This document shows, piece by piece, positions 62,401 through 64,000 of a stretch of DNA of 64,000 nucleotides. How positions within the stretch are numbered: position 1 is the first letter of the stretch; every line of letters begins with the position of its first letter. This stretch comes from an uncultured Planctomycetota bacterium (GTDB taxonomy: Bacteria; Planctomycetota; Planctomycetia; Isosphaerales; Isosphaeraceae), in contig CAWGMQ010000010.1 of the NCBI GenBank assembly GCA_963823665.1, positions 1,440,001-1,504,000 of the forward strand, read 5' to 3'. The translations under genes were made by a program, and so were the position numbers. The notes under the pieces were generated by a model. The model was not told the DNA's origin, searched no databases, and was given only the letters and a program-made list of their open reading frames with translations.

Positions 62401-63914
62401 AGTGTGGAATCGATGATTGTCAGTGTGCCACCGTTACAGATGCCGCCGCCGCCGATGCCGACTTGGGCTGAGTTGTCTGAGAGAGTGGCGCTGGTTAGCG
62501 TCAGCGTGCCATCGTTAAAGATGGCGCCGCCGCCGAGTTGGGTATAGCCGTCGGCGATGGTCAGCCCGGCGATCGTCGCGGTCACGCCGGCATTGACGTT
62601 GAACACCTGATATGCCCCATTGCCGCTCACAGTCAGATTGCTGGCGCCTGGGCCGAAGATCTGGACGTCGCTGCTGATGGCCGGCAGGAGGCTCGCCAGG
62701 GTGATGACGCCGCCGGTCGTGATGTCAATGACGCTGCTTCCGTCCTGGTTGGCGTTGGTCAGGGCGGCGCGCAGGGAGCCTCCGCCGCTGTCGGCTGTGC
62801 TGTATACCGTGTACACCTGGACTTCGAAAGCACCGATGTCGACGCCGTTGACGTCGCGCGGATCGCCGCGCTGGTCGGTGGTGACACCAGAGGGAATCAG
62901 GGAATCGCTGCCTGAGTCGATAGCGGGGCTGCCGGGGAGGAGGGCCATCGTCTCGGTGGGGCCGCCGTTGTTCTGCAAGGGGCCGAGGAGCGGATTGACG
63001 TTGAGCTGGTCGGTGGCCACGAAGCCGCTGCCGTAGGATGAGTTGCCAATCAGGTTGTAGCCCAGGCTGTTGACCGGCCCGTCGACGTCGGCTCCCGAAT
63101 TGGCTGAGTTCCCGGCGATGATCGTGTTGGCGAGGGTCGTGGTGCCAGAGTTAGCATCGATGCCGCCGCCGATGCTGACGGCGGAATTGCCGACGAGAGT
63201 GGAGTTGGTGACGTTTGCGGAGCCATTGTTAAAGATGCAGCCGCCCTCGTCCTGGGCCGAGTTGGTGGAAAAAGTGGAGTTGGTCACGGTCAACGTCCCG
63301 TCGTTCAAGATGGCGCCGCCGGCGATGGCCGAGTTGCCGGACAAAGTGGAGTTGATGACGTTCAACGCCCCGGTGTCTTCGTTAGCGATGCCACCGCCTT
63401 CGAAGGTGGAATTGCTGCCCGAGAGAGTGCAGTTGCTGACGTTCAGCAAGCCAAAGTTTTCGATGCCGGCGCCGTACTCTGTGGTATAGCCATCGGCGAT
63501 GGTTAGCCCGGCGATGGTCGCGGTCACGTATTGGTTGACAAAGAACACCTGATTTTTTCCATTGCCGCTGATGGTCAGATTGCCGGCGCCGGGGCCTTCG
63601 ATGTTCAGGTTTTGGTCCATGTCCAGGTCGCCACTGGTCAGCTTGATGGTGCCCGTGACACCACTCGCGAACTCTATGGTGTCGTCGGGGTTGGCACCAC
63701 TGATCGCCGCGCGCAACGAACCGCTGCCGCTATCGTTGGTGTTCGTGACTAAATCGACGCTGAGCAAGGTTCGATCTTCCAGGACATCGAGGAGCGGACG
63801 AGAAAACCTGTGTCGGCCGTGAGCGCTCCGGCGGCCTTGACGGGTGCGCACGGGCCCGGAATTCACACTGTCGTTTGTGAGGCAAATCGGAACTGGAAGC
63901 AGCATCGGAGGCAT
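59427..63914 (-). CDS. Large exported adhesin-like protein (two beta-helix/choice-of-anchor-Q-like modules, Ig-like domains, five YDG/MBG-like repeats)
   Basis: LDVLEDRTLLS signal; DSGxGSLRAA and NPLLGPLQNNGGPTETMALLPGSPAI twice; NTKxYD(G/A)TxSA five times. Confidence 0.9.
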   Translation of the reverse strand: MPPMLLPVPICLTNDSVNSGPVRTRQGRRSAHGRHRFSRPLLDVLEDRTLLSVDLVTNTNDSGSGSLRAAISGANPDDTIEFASGVTGTIKLTSGDLDMDQNLNIEGPGAGNLTISGNGKNQVFFVNQYVTATIAGLTIADGYTTEYGAGIENFGLLNVSNCTLSGSNSTFEGGGIANEDTGALNVINSTLSGNSAIAGGAILNDGTLTVTNSTFSTNSAQDEGGCIFNNGSANVTNSTLVGNSAVSIGGGIDANSGTTTLANTIIAGNSANSGADVDGPVNSLGYNLIGNSSYGSGFVATDQLNVNPLLGPLQNNGGPTETMALLPGSPAIDSGSDSLIPSGVTTDQRGDPRDVNGVDIGAFEVQVYTVYSTADSGGGSLRAALTNANQDGSSVIDITTGGVITLASLLPAISSDVQIFGPGASNLTVSGNGAYQVFNVNAGVTATIAGLTIADGYTQLGGGAIFNDGTLTLTSATLSDNSAQVGIGGGGICNGGTLTIIDSTLSDNSASRGGGGVLNTSESVLTVTNSTFSGNSAGVGGGIDNFGMLTVTDSTLSNDGAAFDGGGFDTSMGTTTLANTIIAGNTATTGPDVNGTVDSLGFNLIGNTSGSSGFAATDLHNVNPLLGPLQNNGGPTETMALLPGSPAIAAGSVALIPTGIITDQRGSQRVVSGTVDIGAFELRGFIITASSGNNQQTTVGTTFAAPLVVTVRSPFGEPIAGGVVTYISPSSGASATFPGGTGSAAIGPSGQASIAVAANTIAGGYAVAASAGVNVTTNFSLTNTPGPADNLEFVQQPTDTTYGDTISPPVTVEVTDQYNNPVNSTASITISLGTNPTGASLGGTLLESAVAGTATFEDLTISKAGMAYALAATSPGLNAAPPSDSFNIKQRPISVSATANTKTYDGTASAAAMPTITAGSLAPGDTADFIETYSTRNVGTGLTLTPGGTVDDGNDGDNYSYHFVSVSTGVITAEPLTITALANTKTYDATTSAAAVPAITSDSLGVGDTPRFTEVYGTQNVGTSLTLTPSGTVDDGNDGHNYTYRFVPVSTGVITPAPLTITAVTNTKVYDGTTSATAIPTDSGLQGTDSVTNLSETYDTRNAGTNKTLSVATYTVNDGNGGNNYMVTTVPNQTGVITRDALTITAVANTKTYDATTSAAAMPAITSGSLQGMDTANFVETYSTKNAGTGLTLTPSGTVTDGNGGNNYTYTFVPVSTGVITTAPLTITAVTNTKFYDGTTSAAAIPTVSGLKGTDTVTNLSETYDTSAVGTGKTLSVATYTINDGNGGNNYMVTTVANHTGVILQQTPTQLVIHTEPSATATAGQFFPTQPVIYVEDQNGNVVTGDDTTQVTVSLRVGTGPLLGTTTITASGGIATFTNLQDDTAETIILLFTAQNLVKAQSNPITVKPAPDSMLATGGVIGSVGAQARDGHKAKAHRPKPKVAPPASRHRATATTDRARSVARQDIVLNHVLASMNGNLRARVITERLADSPLR

Positions 63915-64000
63915 CTCCAGGGTAAGTCAGTAAGGGGCCGGCCGGGACGCCGGCCGGGTGCGGAACAGGATTCACGCGACAAGGGCGCCGAGGACGAAAC

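Overview
High-GC window, most likely from a planctomycete (Isosphaeraceae-like). This is inferred from 'LExLExRxLLS'-type export signals, tandem LRR genes, an ECF sigma factor with a long C-terminal extension, a membrane Ser/Thr kinase and a sulfatase. Many genes carry single-base frameshifts, which suggests unpolished long-read sequence. Backbone genes: LRR paralogue array, M2/M3 peptidase, mgtE, a stress cluster, SDR, DinB, LarA-like and YgfZ-like genes, ECF sigma, a dispersed RND/TolC/porin cluster, a YqhH/YqhG-like helicase pair, S9 peptidase, arylsulfatase and a large adhesin. The most unusual part is an accessory island at about 17.1-27.4 kb, marked by at least 11 copies of a short site, GTGG(G/A)TGTC(T/C)GG(T/C)TTCCC, in both orientations. 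Two nearly identical ORF-less group II introns (733 nt each, separated by a 24-nt exon) sit in tandem inside this site, and their EBS1 (AGACAC) is the exact complement of it. A third site keeps only an 8-nt intron stub. Genes and gene fragments begin or end at these sites. The cargo includes a restriction-like nuclease-TM-TPR protein with no NTPase and an unfamiliar ~42-aa C-terminal repeat. I recognised no reverse transcriptase, transposase or integrase in the window.
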